DNA of 64,000 bases from Chrysomallon squamiferum (Eukaryota; Animalia; Mollusca). How positions within the stretch are numbered: the stretch's first letter is position 1; each line of letters starts with the position of its first letter. This document shows, piece after piece, positions 1 through 25,617 of this stretch. The stretch covers positions 4,092,001-4,156,000 of the forward strand of contig CM022676.1 of the NCBI GenBank assembly GCA_012295275.1, written 5' to 3'. The notes beneath the pieces are model-generated. The model did no database searches. It was not told the origin of the DNA and saw only the letters and a list, made by a program, of their open reading frames with translations. Position numbers and translations under genes: made by a program.

Positions 1-29
1 TTATTCGCACAGGACACATTCCACACTGA
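1..29 (+). CDS. 3' end of an upstream CABIT-SAM adaptor paralog (A0), partial
   Basis: Reads ...IRTGHIPH-TGA (stop 27-29), identical to the C-terminus of the SAM exon of copies A1 and A2. Confidence 0.8.
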
Positions 30-129
30 GAAAGATTTAAAAATAAAATAAATAAACAAATAATAATGAGAAAAAAAGAGAAAAAAAGAAAAGAAACATT
101 CTAGTAGGTTCAACGTCATCTTTTTCTTT

Positions 130-415
<286 letters not shown>

Positions 416-504
416 TAACACGTAGTTTCTAATGTCTTTAAGCTAATTCCCAATCTAACCATTTGAATTGTGCTCCCCCACGACGGTTTCTAACATTTGA
501 TGCT

Positions 505-536
<32 letters not shown>

Positions 537-1022
537 AACACATAATATAGAGAATAATCACGATGTCTCAAAACAAGTATTCATAATTATTTTTGTTATT
601 GTTATTATTATCATTGTTTAAATAAAAAGTTTGTTCGCATCGTTTTTCTGACAATAAAGTTGTTACTACTATTATTATTTTTATTATTATCATTTTGTTT
701 TTGTTTTATTTATTTATATATTAATTTTTCCTATTTTTTTTCTTATTTTTATTTATATTTATTTTTTTATTTTTTTTCTATGACGATTTTTTTTCTAATA
801 TTTAAATTAAGCACATCATTTTTTAATTCTGATGCAACATTAGGATTATTTATACTAAAATAAAAAAATTCACTTTCCACTATTCATACCGGTTTAAAAA
901 GAGGCCTTATTAAGGTATATATATTTCCGAGAAAGAAAATATTGTGAGTAAATCTGATCGCAAATGAAATATGGAATATTTGGTTGTTAGTTTTTATTTG
1001 TCTGGGTGGGTGCGTGCGTGTA

Positions 1023-1070
<48 letters not shown>

Positions 1071-1414
1071 TCCGATTGTGTTGTCATGTGTTTGTATTTG
1101 TGTGTGTGTGCGTGCTAAAGTGTGAGTCGTATTTTTCTGTTTGCTGTAGCGGTTTACCTGTGTGTTTATAATGTTTGTGTAGGTCTCCGATTAGTAATCT
1201 CTGTTGTCACAGTGCTCAGTTTGTAAACAACTTTTTTTTTCAATTTCCGCTGTTAATTCCCGTCACAATGAGCTGCTAAAGTGTGAGTCGTGTTTCTGAT
1301 CTGCTGTAGCGGTTTACCTGATATCTAGTAAAATATATATGAAGTTTATAATTTAATGATGACGGTAAAATTAACGGTGTCCTTCCTCTTTTAGACCTTT
1401 TTCTGTAAACACAA

Positions 1415-1669
1415 CAGTATGGAGTCCTTCATACACCTCTTTACATAAAAACACAAGAAATATCTTTGTAACTGAGCACAGGCTAGAACTTCAAAGCATC
1501 TGTTATCTCTGAGCTATAAATGCAGTATGGAGTCCTTCATACACCTCTTTACATAAAAAGCACAACAAAATCTTTTTGTAACGGGAGCAAAGGCTAGAAC
1601 TGGAAACTGATACAAAATGCTCTTTAGTGAAAGTTCACTTTCAGTATGGAGTCCTTCATACACCTCTTT
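1415..1669 (+). repeat. Three ~110-bp tandem units upstream of A1
   Basis: CAGTATGGAGTCCTTCATACACCTCTTT starts at 1415, 1523 and 1642. A related GGCTAGAACTGGAAA motif recurs upstream of A2 (~8005-8165), A3 (~26965-27105) and A4 (~43210-43355). Confidence 0.8.
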
Positions 1670-2721
1670 GAGAAAAATCAATAGTTATCTAGGTTATACA
1701 AATAATTTTCCCTGCTATCTACGACATATCAAACATTTTCTTTCCTAGATAAAATCTCATCAGGTCAGAGGCAGATCTGGGTGGAGCGCTAATCATATTT
1801 ATTTATTTATTTATTTATTCATTCATTTATCTACTAACTTATTTACTTACCTACTTACTTATTTACCACTTACTTCCTTACTGATTTCTCACTAAAGTAA
1901 CGTTTGTTTCTGTTTTTCGTTGTAGTTTTTTGTAAGGTGATGAATGAAAACTATTAAACTGATTTGACTGGGTTTCATGGTGAAGAGATCGTTTTCAAAA
2001 CAATATATATTTTGAGTTCGCCCCTGAAAACATTATAAATAATATTTCTATTGAGATATAGATTTGAACTGATGGCATTTGATTGTAATGAGTAATAGGT
2101 ATTTTACAATACTTACTGTAAGCAGTAACTTAAGATGTACCTTCAAAGTGCTGGATTTGCCCCGTAAAACTGAAATGACATGTTGTTATGTCGTAATTCA
2201 ACCTTTCAAAAGATAACTGTTAGTCCTCAAGACGAACGTAAGAACAAACAAACGATAAAGACAGATAAAGCATTGTGCACTTTGGTCTCAATCGAACTTT
2301 CTTGTAGATAGATCTCTGTTCGTTAAATTTAAAATAAAACACATCTTCTTTTCAAATTTTCTTTGAAGGTAAGTCAGTTCTGTTTATTTGTTTATAACGT
2401 TTATTGTCTAAACTCTCTTATAATTTATGTTTAATTTTGTTTAAAAACTTTTACACATAGATCACTAGATATTACAGCTTGCCTTTGACTTAAATAAAGT
2501 TCATTACCTTAAATACTTGAATATACGTCTGTACGTCTGTCTGAATTAGAGGGCGGGTCTTTGAGAGTCATGAGAAAAATATAGTCCTGTTTTAAATGAA
2601 ACCATTTTACATGTATCTTATAATAATACTGATTATTACTACTACTACTATTATTATTATATTATTATTGCTGCTGCTGTTTTTGTTATTATTATTATTT
2701 TTTATTATTACTGAAGGTTGT

Positions 2722-2824
<103 letters not shown>

Positions 2825-2885
2825 ATATTTATATATATATATTAATTTTATTCCCAAATTTATAATTTATCTTTTATTTCAGAAA

Positions 2886-6795
<3,910 letters not shown>

Positions 6796-7006
6796 GAAAA
6801 AGAAAGGAATGTTTAGAAAAAAAGAGAAAGTTTTCTAACCGTTTTCAACTGAAGGAAAATGACATATGTTTTTTATTTTATTGTTTGTCAAGGACAGGTA
6901 CGTATTCGGCTAGTAAACAGTGACTGTGTAATAAGAAAGAAAAACAAAAACAACAACAAAAAATTATGTACAACATCAAACGTGATATGCTTCTTCCTTT
7001 TCTCCT

Positions 7007-7041
<35 letters not shown>

Positions 7042-7473
7042 TTGGTTTCTAATCTTTTTTACGGTTTGTATTTTTTTAATTTAAAAAGACACACACACAC
7101 GCGCGCGCATTCGTTCACACACATAATATACAGAATAATCACGATGATGCAAAAGAAATATTCATAATTATTATTTTTTTATTATTATTTAAAACTAAAA
7201 CATTTGATAGCGTCGCTTTACTGACAATAAAATTATTATGATTATGTTTGTGTGTATATTCGTTTTTTTGTTGTTGTTTTTTTCTAATATTTAAATTAAG
7301 CACATCTGTTTTTATTATGATTCAACATTTATTTTTATTTTTATATTATTATTATTATTTTAATTTGTCTGCACGTTAGGATTATTTGTACCAGAATAAA
7401 AAGTTAACTTTCAAAATGTGGTGCACAGCATTTTGAGACGAGTAATGGAATACGGACTATTTAGATTTGTTAG

Positions 7474-7522
<49 letters not shown>

Positions 7523-9200
7523 CAGACTTGTAAGTGTACATATGTATTATATATGTTTGTCTTGGTGTTTATGTGTATATGGTTGCGTGTTACTACAGTG
7601 CTCAATCTGTGAAGAATTTTTTAATCGACCACTGTTAATTCTCGTCAGAAGTGGTTCCTGAACTGTAAGTCGTGTTTCTCATTTGTTGTAGCAGTTTACC
7701 TGGTATTTGAAATTTATAATTTGTATGATGACGTTGACATCAACACACACACACACACACACACGCACATGAACACACACACGCACACTCTCAGACAGAC
7801 AGACATACGTATATCAGAAAAGACTAAATCTGATTTGTTTAGACTGAAGTGATTCATGAGATATTTTCATACATTTTATTTTACTATGATTTTGTAATGA
7901 CAGATGAAATATTCTTGAAACATTCTTATCCACTTTCAACAGGGTGTCTTTCCTTTTTATAAGTTTACCAACAGACACCTAAAGGTGTATTTTTGAAACG
8001 GAGCTGGGTCTAGAACTGGAAATCAACTGTAATCTTAATCTGATCTACTCTAGATCGTTTTCGGTATGAAGTCTTTTGTACACCTCTTGATATAAAAACG
8101 CAAAAAAATATAACAAAAAAAAAATAAAAATATCCTTGTAACGGAGCAGTGGCTAGAACTGGAAATTAAAGTTTATTAAACTAGGAGAATATTTCGTAGT
8201 AATAACGTAAATACAGTGAGAGAAGAAGAAGAGTGATAAAACAAATAGTTATCTAGGTTATATAAACAATTTTCTGTGTTAGTAAAATCTTATCAGATCA
8301 GAGGCGGATCTGGGTGGAACACCGGTTATATTTATTGATGCATTTATTTATTTTTACTTACTTACTTACTTACTGACTGACTTACTTACTTACTGACTGA
8401 CTTACTTACTTACTTACTTACGCAGTTATTTACTTCCTGACTGCACACTAAAGTAAGATTTGTTTCTGGGGTTTTACTGTCAGGTGATGAATGAAAAGTA
8501 TTAAACTGATTTCACTGGGTGATGGTGATGGTGTTATTTTTTAAATATATATATATTTTGTGTTCGCCCCTGAAAACAGCTGTGATGTTAATTTATAAAC
8601 AACACTTTAACTCAGATCTAGTTTCACTCTGCTTGAATTCAGCTTCAGATAATTTTAGATATAATACTTAGTGTAAACAACAACGTCATTTATACCTTGA
8701 AGTTGCTTGATTTGCTCCTTAAATAGCGGATCATATATGGGTAATAAATATCGTGACGTATATTTTTAAATTTATCTGTCAGGCAACGAAAAGAATTTCA
8801 GAACAAACGATAAAGTCAGATAAAACACTGCGTACTTTGGATTCAGTCGAACTTTTTGTAGATAGAGTTGTGCTCGTTAAAAGTAAAATAAAACAGAGCA
8901 ATACAAAGAGAACAACAACAAAACGAAGAGATTAAAACCCTCTTCTTAAATTTTCTTTGAAGGTAAGTTAGTTCTTTCTTATTTGCTTATAACTTTATTG
9001 TCTATACTATCTTATATGTCAGTGCTATGGTGTTTATATTTTGTGTACACAGATCGCTATAGTACACAGGTTGCTTTTGACTTAATGTACAATGTACATT
9101 GACCTCAAATACCTGAATGTACGTCTGTACGTCTGTCTGAATTCGAGGGCGGGATGGAAAAACATGAAGTCCTAGCCTTAAATAAAACTAGTTTCGTCTA

Positions 9201-9249
<49 letters not shown>

Positions 9250-9270
9250 TTATTATTATTATTATTATTA

Positions 9271-9388
<118 letters not shown>

Positions 9389-9567
9389 TCGCTGTTGTTG
9401 TTTTTGCTACTGCTGCTGCTGTTCTTGTTAAGTATGTGTAGAAGTAGTAGTAATTTTTCTTATTAAATTAGTTTCTGTTTTTAGTATTGCTATTGTTTTT
9501 ATTAGTCGTATTATTAGTTGTACTATTTTGTTCTTGTTTTGTTGTGGTTGTTGTTTTTGATCTTCTT

Positions 9568-9637
<70 letters not shown>

Positions 9638-9786
9638 CTCTTCATTACTTTATAATATTTAATGATCGCAACAAAACGATAATTAGTACTAAACTTAAAA
9701 TAATGTTTAGAAAAAATGTAGAAATCTGGTTTTAGTATGTCACTAAACAAAACAACAACAACAACAACAAAATAATGTTTTTAAAT

Positions 9787-9900
<114 letters not shown>

Positions 9901-9948
9901 GTTTATTTTATTATTCTTATTATTATTTTATTTTTATTTTTTGAGAAG

Positions 9949-14191
<4,243 letters not shown>

Positions 14192-14266
14192 GAAGCATAA
14201 CATACATACAAACATACATACATACTGTCTTTTCGTAGAGTGCAGAAGTCAGTCGATTGAATCCAG

Positions 14267-14385
<119 letters not shown>

Positions 14386-14819
14386 ATTCAGGGAACGGCA
14401 TAGATTAAAATGCATTCAATTTTTGTAGGTGGAAATTATTTTTGTTTTGTACAGAATTTCAAGAGGGTCGGCATACAAGAAAAAGACAAAGTTTTCGAAG
14501 GTTTTACGCATGATCGGAGATGACGTAGTTTGTCAGTGTGTTAAATAATAATAATGTAAAAACTCAAAGTATAATCAGTTTCGTGTAGACAGTCTTTTCT
14601 TAGACTCCTGAAGTCAGTCGATTGAATCCAGTCTATTACAGATTACAGTCTATTACAGTCTATTTTACAAAGAATATAAAGGGTGTTTTACTTATGAAAC
14701 AGAAAGTAAACGTGGTAACGTAGCAACAGAAAAGAAAACAAGGAAGAATTTAAAACAAAAAAACGTAGCTAAGAAAGTATATACTTTTATTAAAGACAGT
14801 GAAAACTAAAATACTGGAA

Positions 14820-14868
14820 ATGAGTTGTAAGTTATTCGTGTTACTGGGATGTGTATTGTACGTACAAG
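14820..14868 (+). pseudogene. Relic signal-peptide exon upstream of B1
   Basis: Encodes MSCKLFVLLGCVLYVQ, paralogous to the exon at 16292, but the donor reads G|TTACGT instead of G|GT. A further-decayed copy starts at 29736. Confidence 0.7.
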
Positions 14869-15163
14869 TTACGTATTTTATCTACACATTATTCATCTCT
14901 ATCTGAGTTAATCTCGTTTCATAAAATGTGAAATCTGGGTGGAGTCGACGTCATTACTAAGGTAATAACTGGGTAACATGAAGTCTTGAAATATGTTTAT
15001 CAAAATATGAAACAATAACGTAACATAAGATAACACAGGATAACATAATATATCGTGATATGACAGTACACTACACAACGTAACGTAATGCGATGTAACA
15101 TAATGTAATAAAATATAAAAATATGTAATAAAGGAAGAATAAAAATAACAAGAAAACAACAAC

Positions 15164-15209
<46 letters not shown>

Positions 15210-15576
15210 ACATTCCTGTATAAACCGAACACAACAGAAAGAGTATGCTACTCAATGACTTGACAGAAAGAGTATCATGTGTTTTGGGTTATATCTTTTG
15301 TGCGTAGTCTTTCATCCATGGCTGGTTTTAAACAGAGTGGTAGAGTCACAGCATACCACTATAAAACTGACCAAGTCATGTCATGACGTAAGAAACAAAA
15401 ATTGACAAACAGCTATGTTGCCTAGGTTACGCCACAATTCAAAATGGCCGCCCTTTCTCGCTGCAGCAAATCATTTTGTTATGAAATATCGCCTCAGAAT
15501 TTGAACAAAGATTTCTAATTCTTAAAAATGCACAAGCACACTTACTTACAAACACACACACATACACACAAACACG

Positions 15577-15625
<49 letters not shown>

Positions 15626-16291
15626 ATATATATATATGTATACACACATATACAAACATACATTGATACACGAAATACACACAAACACATATACCACCTA
15701 CCTACCTACGTTCATAAATATTATATATATATGCATATATGAATATACATATATATATATTAAACACACACACATATACACACATATGCATGCATAGATA
15801 CAAACTTAACTACTTATAAACATATCTATATACAAATCTGTATAAATGCAAATATGGAAATGCACACACTTGTAAGGTTAAAATACCTTCAAATATAGCT
15901 ATACACGTACATGAATACACTCAGGCATCAACAAATAATAATAATAAAAATAATAAATAAATAAATAAATAAAAAGAAAAAGAAAAAAGAAAAAATAAAA
16001 AGAAATAAAAAAGAAAAAAAATAAAGAAAAAAACAACAACACATAAACTATACGTACAATTTACATAAACTATTTACAACCCTGCATGTTATATCTCAGG
16101 TTGCATTGTGTATTTTTCTGATTCAGTCGACTGGATTTAGTTTAGTAATAAATACACAGAGCCAATGAGACATGTGTTCATATTGTGTATGAAGCAGGAA
16201 GTAAACTTGATACGTTAAACGAATAAAGCACAACAAGAAGGCGTCGAAAACTGCTTTTACATTAGCAACAGTAAAAACTAAAATACTGGAA

Positions 16292-17011
16292 ATGAGTTGT
16301 AAGATATTCTGTGTGTTCGTGTTGCTGGGATCTGTAATTTACGTACAAGGTATGTATTTTATATTCTCCATCCCCCAAAACAGACAGACGTCCCGTAAAG
16401 TATAGTATAGCATAAACAACACATAACACAGTGGAGCGTATTTGCCAATGACCTGCCGTTTATATTGAATAATACGTGTAATAAATTATAGACTGGTCTG
16501 ATATAACTAAATACCAAACACAGAAAAAAAGTATATAAAATTAGATTTATTTATACATTTATTTGTAGATTTATTAATTGCATTTGCCAGATAGGAAATA
16601 GGCTCTCATTGTTGCTTGTATGAATAGACTGGAGCATACCATTAAATCAGCGAGGGGTGTACAGGATACATGACCCAATAAAGAGTTTTGTCTATCAAAT
16701 GGCGTGTCTGCATTATGGGCTATCTGTCGGTCTTTTGTGAGGGAACCATTCATCTGTACCTGAGTGTATTTCATTTACAAACTGTGAAATCTAGATTGAG
16801 TCGAAGTTATGTTTCGTTGACTAATGTAAACAAATATATATATGCGTAATTGTGTGATTTGAATTTTTGAAACATATCTGTATTAAAACATGGGACAATA
16901 ACATAATATAATATAACATAACAGAGTGTAACGTAAGGTAAGGTAAACATAATGTAATAAACGTAAAAATTATGGAATAAAGTATGGTAATAATAATCGT
17001 CATCATAATAA

Positions 17012-17048
<37 letters not shown>

Positions 17049-17729
17049 ATTATAAATAAAAAAAAATATTTAATTTTATTTGAATTTTTTTTATTATTAT
17101 TATTTTAAATTTAAGGTCAGTATCACAATTTAACATCAGACAGATATGCAGTTGCTGGATCATCTTTTACTTTTACCTGTCGAGGAGATCCCGCTCCTAT
17201 ATTTAGCTGGTTTGTGAATAACACAGAATACAGGATGCATGTAGCAGGAAGATACGGTCAGTGTTATTTTCATGGTGAACATCCAAGGGAATACAGTTTT
17301 AACTGTTCACATGAATTAAACACTCTGACAATAAAATCAGTGAAACTCAGTCAACATGGAACAGTGTGGAGATGTGGTGATTTTAATCCAGGCAGCAATG
17401 AAATAAAACTGGAAGTGAGAGGTAACATTAACTTATTTATTATTAATCTTTTTAAAACCGTACCTATTAGATGTCGTTAATAGTTTTATTACCTACTGTT
17501 ACAACTTTTTTTGTTTTGTTTTGTTTTCATTTTTGTTTTTCTTTAAATATATAGTACATAAGCTATGAGAATGCGAACATACACTATCAAGGACAACAAT
17601 AACAATTGTAATAACAATAACAACAACAATAATAACAATAATAATATAGAAGTCACTCTGCATATTGTATTCCGCAAAGAGGCTTTAATAGTACTAGTAA
17701 TTTTCTAAATAATAATAATAATAATAATA

Positions 17730-17777
<48 letters not shown>

Positions 17778-17899
17778 CTATTAATAACATTAATATTAAT
17801 AATGACTAATAATCATCGACATCAAGAACATAGTGGAAGTAGATTATAGTAGTAGAATTAGTGGTAGTGGTAGTAGTAGTAGCAGCAGCAGTAGTCCGC

Positions 17900-17946
<47 letters not shown>

Positions 17947-18787
17947 GAATAGTAGTAAATTAATAACAAATTTGGATAAATGTGATAACGTTTTTTTTGT
18001 TTTAGGAGGTCCTAGTGAATCGCTTCATCTCACTTCCCTTCTGACCAAATCTGTTTTGTCTGTCGCGGAAGGAAGTGACGTCACGCTGATATGTTCTGCG
18101 AAATGCTTCCTGACATGTGACTATGAATGGCAGGTCAGAGGTCACGTGATAAGTAATAGCAGTGTTCTCTCGTTGGCTGATATTAATAGAACACAAAATG
18201 GTTTGTACACGTGCACGGCCACAAACCCAGATACGAAGGAAACATCCAACCAGACTGTGAAAATTAATATAGAGGATTTGAGAGGTTTTACAAGCTTTTA
18301 TAAATATATATATTTATTTTTATAAAGTAAAAAACACGAAAATTTCAATACAGTTGCTTCCATTTTTCTTCTTCTTTCATTTATTTTTCTTTAATTTCTT
18401 TATTTTGTCTTCTTCTTTCTACAATTAAATTTTTTCTTGATTTAAAAAATAAAGTGTTTTTTTTTCTTCTTTCATTCTTTGTCTTTCCTTCCTTCGTTCA
18501 TTCGTCCAAACAGTGGTGGTTCTTTTACTTTTGATTAGTCGTAGTAGAAGTTGTAGTAGAGGAAGCCGTGGTGGAAATAATTTGTAGTAGTAGTAATTTT
18601 ACTTTTTGTTTTTGTTATGGTAGTAATAGTATAGCAAAAGCAGAAGTTTGTGGTAATAGTAAAATGGTAAAGCACTAATTTGTGTTGGTAGTCGTACTAG
18701 TAATACTAGTTAAGCCGTATCATTAGTAAGAATAGTAGTAGTAGTAGTAGAACAGTAGTTTGTAGCAACAGCAGTCGTAGTAGTAAC

Positions 18788-18828
<41 letters not shown>

Positions 18829-18831
18829 AAC

Positions 18832-18883
<52 letters not shown>

Positions 18884-19454
18884 ACATAACAGCAATAGTA
18901 GTAGTGGCTATATTAATAGAGCTATATTACTGTTACGGTTCTTCCTTTAAATACTTCTTTCTTTTTTTTTTTAATTATTATTTTAATATCTGAAAATACA
19001 CAAACGCGCGCGGACAACAATATTTCTTACGACTTAAAAAATATAAAATAATTGCCCAATTCATTCTTACTTTATATAATTTTATTTTATTTTATTTTGT
19101 TTTATTTTTTTTATTTTTTTTTTAATTTCATTTTTTATTTTTTTTTTTTTTTTATATTTATATTTATATTCTTATTTTTATTATTGTATTTTATTTTAGA
19201 TCCAGATAAAAATAACAGTCATTTTGCAGAAGGATTTGCTACTGGTTTTGCTGTCGTCGTAGTCATACTTGTTGGTGCCGCGTTATTTTTGTTCTTCTGG
19301 TTGAGAAAACGTAAAAGGTGAACAAAAATTAAAACTGCACTGAATTTTGTTTTACTGAGAAGCAAAGGACACTGGCGTTGGACAGTAAAAATTTATTTAT
19401 AATTAGCTAATTACAAATCACAGCTGTTAACAACAATAACAACAACAACAACAA

Positions 19455-19492
<38 letters not shown>

Positions 19493-20249
19493 GAAAATAA
19501 AAAATTCGTATTCAGCAATTGGGATATATTTTGGTAACAGAAAAGCTAATGATATAACTGGGATTAACCACGGATATGTCAAGGATACTATATGGATATA
19601 CTGGGATATGCTATTCATCTAATGCTATCCGTTAGAGATAACATAAAGGTTTCATAAGGGAAGGTTATTTATATTCTACATATGGTAAAATGTATCATCA
19701 AAATTATTATTTGTTACTAGTAGTACTCCTCGTACTACTACTACTACTACTATTACTACTACTACTACTACTGCTAATAGTCTACCATATTACTTTACTA
19801 CTGGTTCTGATATTCTACTTACATGGTAAAATATATCACAGATAGGTTATGAATAAACCTAAACGTATGGACTAACAGAGATCGTACAATAGAGATAGAT
19901 TAGGGACATCGTAGAGATAATTTAGATATAATTTAGTAATATGGAACAGATATGGTAGGCCTGTATTCTGGATAAACTAATGATATATAGCAAGTGAGAC
20001 ATCTTTAGCCTTTAGTAATTAATTAAAAATGCCTATATATATATATAATTATAGCCAATTATTATAGAGTATCTTCACCTATATTTTAGCATTAATATTA
20101 GAAATATTTAATTTAAAAAATATATACATATAATTAGGGTTTATTAATTTTATTTCCAATTATTTTTATCTATATTTAATTAATAAGTTGATGCGAGTAA
20201 TTAATGATATGTGTATTTTAAATTTTTCTTCTTATTAATTAATTTTCGG

Positions 20250-20281
<32 letters not shown>

Positions 20282-20843
20282 CAGAAAGCAAAAAGAAGAA
20301 AACATTTATTACAATCCAGCCCAAGACAACGGTAAAATAAATTTCTTTGGTTTTTAATGTTTATAGTGAAAGTATTCTGTACACACTGTTATACAGACAC
20401 ATACATACATCCATATGTCAATCCACGCTTTGTATATACGCTTTTTTATTTTTGAGTTCCCATCGTGGTTTTTTCTTTTTTCCATCATCATCATTATCAT
20501 CACCATCGTCGTCGTCGTCATTGATGTCGTTGTCATCATCATTATTATCATCATAACCATCATTATTATATATCATCATGCTTTTACTATTATTTTCTAC
20601 AAATATCTATCGTGTATCTTTTTTTTAAATTATTTATGAAATTTTGGTACCAAAGTATTAACAGGTAACTGTCTAATTAACCGGTATCTCTCTATTTCTA
20701 TTGCAGCCAATGAAGCGCCACCTGGTGACGAAACAGAGGAAAACGCCAATACATACTCCTCACTTGGGGTTCGAGAAAATGTCGAACCCTATGACGTCTT
20801 AAAGTTTGAGAACCAATCACAGAATGCCAGCGAAGCTATCTAA
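16292..20843 (+). CDS. Type-I Ig-superfamily receptor B1: signal peptide, V-like Ig, C2/I Ig, TM, YYN, ITAM (~314 aa)
   Basis: Exons 16292-16349 (MSCKIFCVFVLLGSVIYVQG), 17116-17421 (FTFTC..W..WRC), 18006-18284 (VTLIC..YEW..GLYTC), 19200-19317 (TM plus RKRKR), 20285-20331 (ENIYYNP) and 20707-20843 (NTYSSLGVRENVEPYDVL). All junctions are GT-AG and phase-compatible. Confidence 0.9.
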
Positions 20844-21842
20844 GTTTCACAGACTCCGAGTGTTAAAGCTTTACCAAAAGGACATTTACGAAAACAACAA
20901 TTTTCTGTAAAAAAAAAAAAAGAAAAAAAAAAAAATGGAAATTCGCTTCCGACTAATGTGTTCCTGTGCAGTTTAAATAAACAGTTTAATAACATTCTTA
21001 ATTATTTCTGTGTTATTATTTTATTGTATTAAGGCACTTGGCAATGGTCATAGTAAAATATTACTATGAAGTAATTCTGTTACAAAACAGTTAAATGACG
21101 TCATGCTACTTGTAGACTATGACAAATGGAGTTGTGACGTCATGGTGGACTTTCAGCTGTATTTTTTCTGACAATACTGGAAAAACGTTTAGAAGAATTC
21201 TGTCTACCGTGTACGTCATGACGTCACAATTACAGAAAGAATGCCTATCTATCTATCTATCCATCTATATATATATACACACACAAACACACATACATAC
21301 AGATACACACACATACATACATAAAAAAAACACACACATACACACAGAGATATATATATATATCGTTACTAACGATGAAGAAAATACACTTATTCATTAA
21401 TCAGGATTTTTCTAATTAGTTTTTCCCTTTTGATATCGTATAATAATTATCATTTGGTCATGAATGTCTTGGAGTATTTTTATCTAATAATAATAATAAT
21501 TTTGTTCATGAAATTGATAAATATTTCCAACCAATAATGATCGTTCTTTGGTTTATGGGGTTTTTTTCAGACATTTCGATCTAATAATTATCATTTTTCA
21601 TGAATTTCTCCTAATATTTTCCGATTATTATAGTTAGTATCAAAAATATAATTTTATTTTTCCAGACATTATTTGGTATGGTATGTGTTTCTGTATGTAA
21701 AAAATAATAACATTAGTTACAAACAGTTCAACTAGTGGGAGGATAATTGGAATGGTTAGATTGGAAATTAGCTTAAAAAGATTAGCAACGGAGTTTTGTA
21801 TAATAATGTACCATTGATAAGAAATCTCACAAATATATTATA

Positions 21843-21894
<52 letters not shown>

Positions 21895-21962
21895 GCCGTC
21901 GTTGACTTTCACACTAAAAAGTCACGATTGTTTGTCTCTCCCCACCTTTTTTCTTCTCTCTC

Positions 21963-25401
<3,439 letters not shown>

Positions 25402-25442
25402 ATTCTGAAATAAAAATGATGAACAATAAAATAAACATTTAG

Positions 25443-25617
<175 letters not shown>

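Noticed and set aside
1415-1669. CRISPR-like array of 28-bp repeats with spacers
   Set aside because: The DNA is eukaryotic, there are only three units, the ~80-90 bp spacers are similar to each other, and no cas genes are present. This is an ordinary tandem duplication.
16292-17421. V(D)J-like rearranging segments or RSS (CACAGTG near 16427)
   Set aside because: Each V exon is complete through its final strand and ends in a splice donor. No properly spaced nonamer or J segments were seen.
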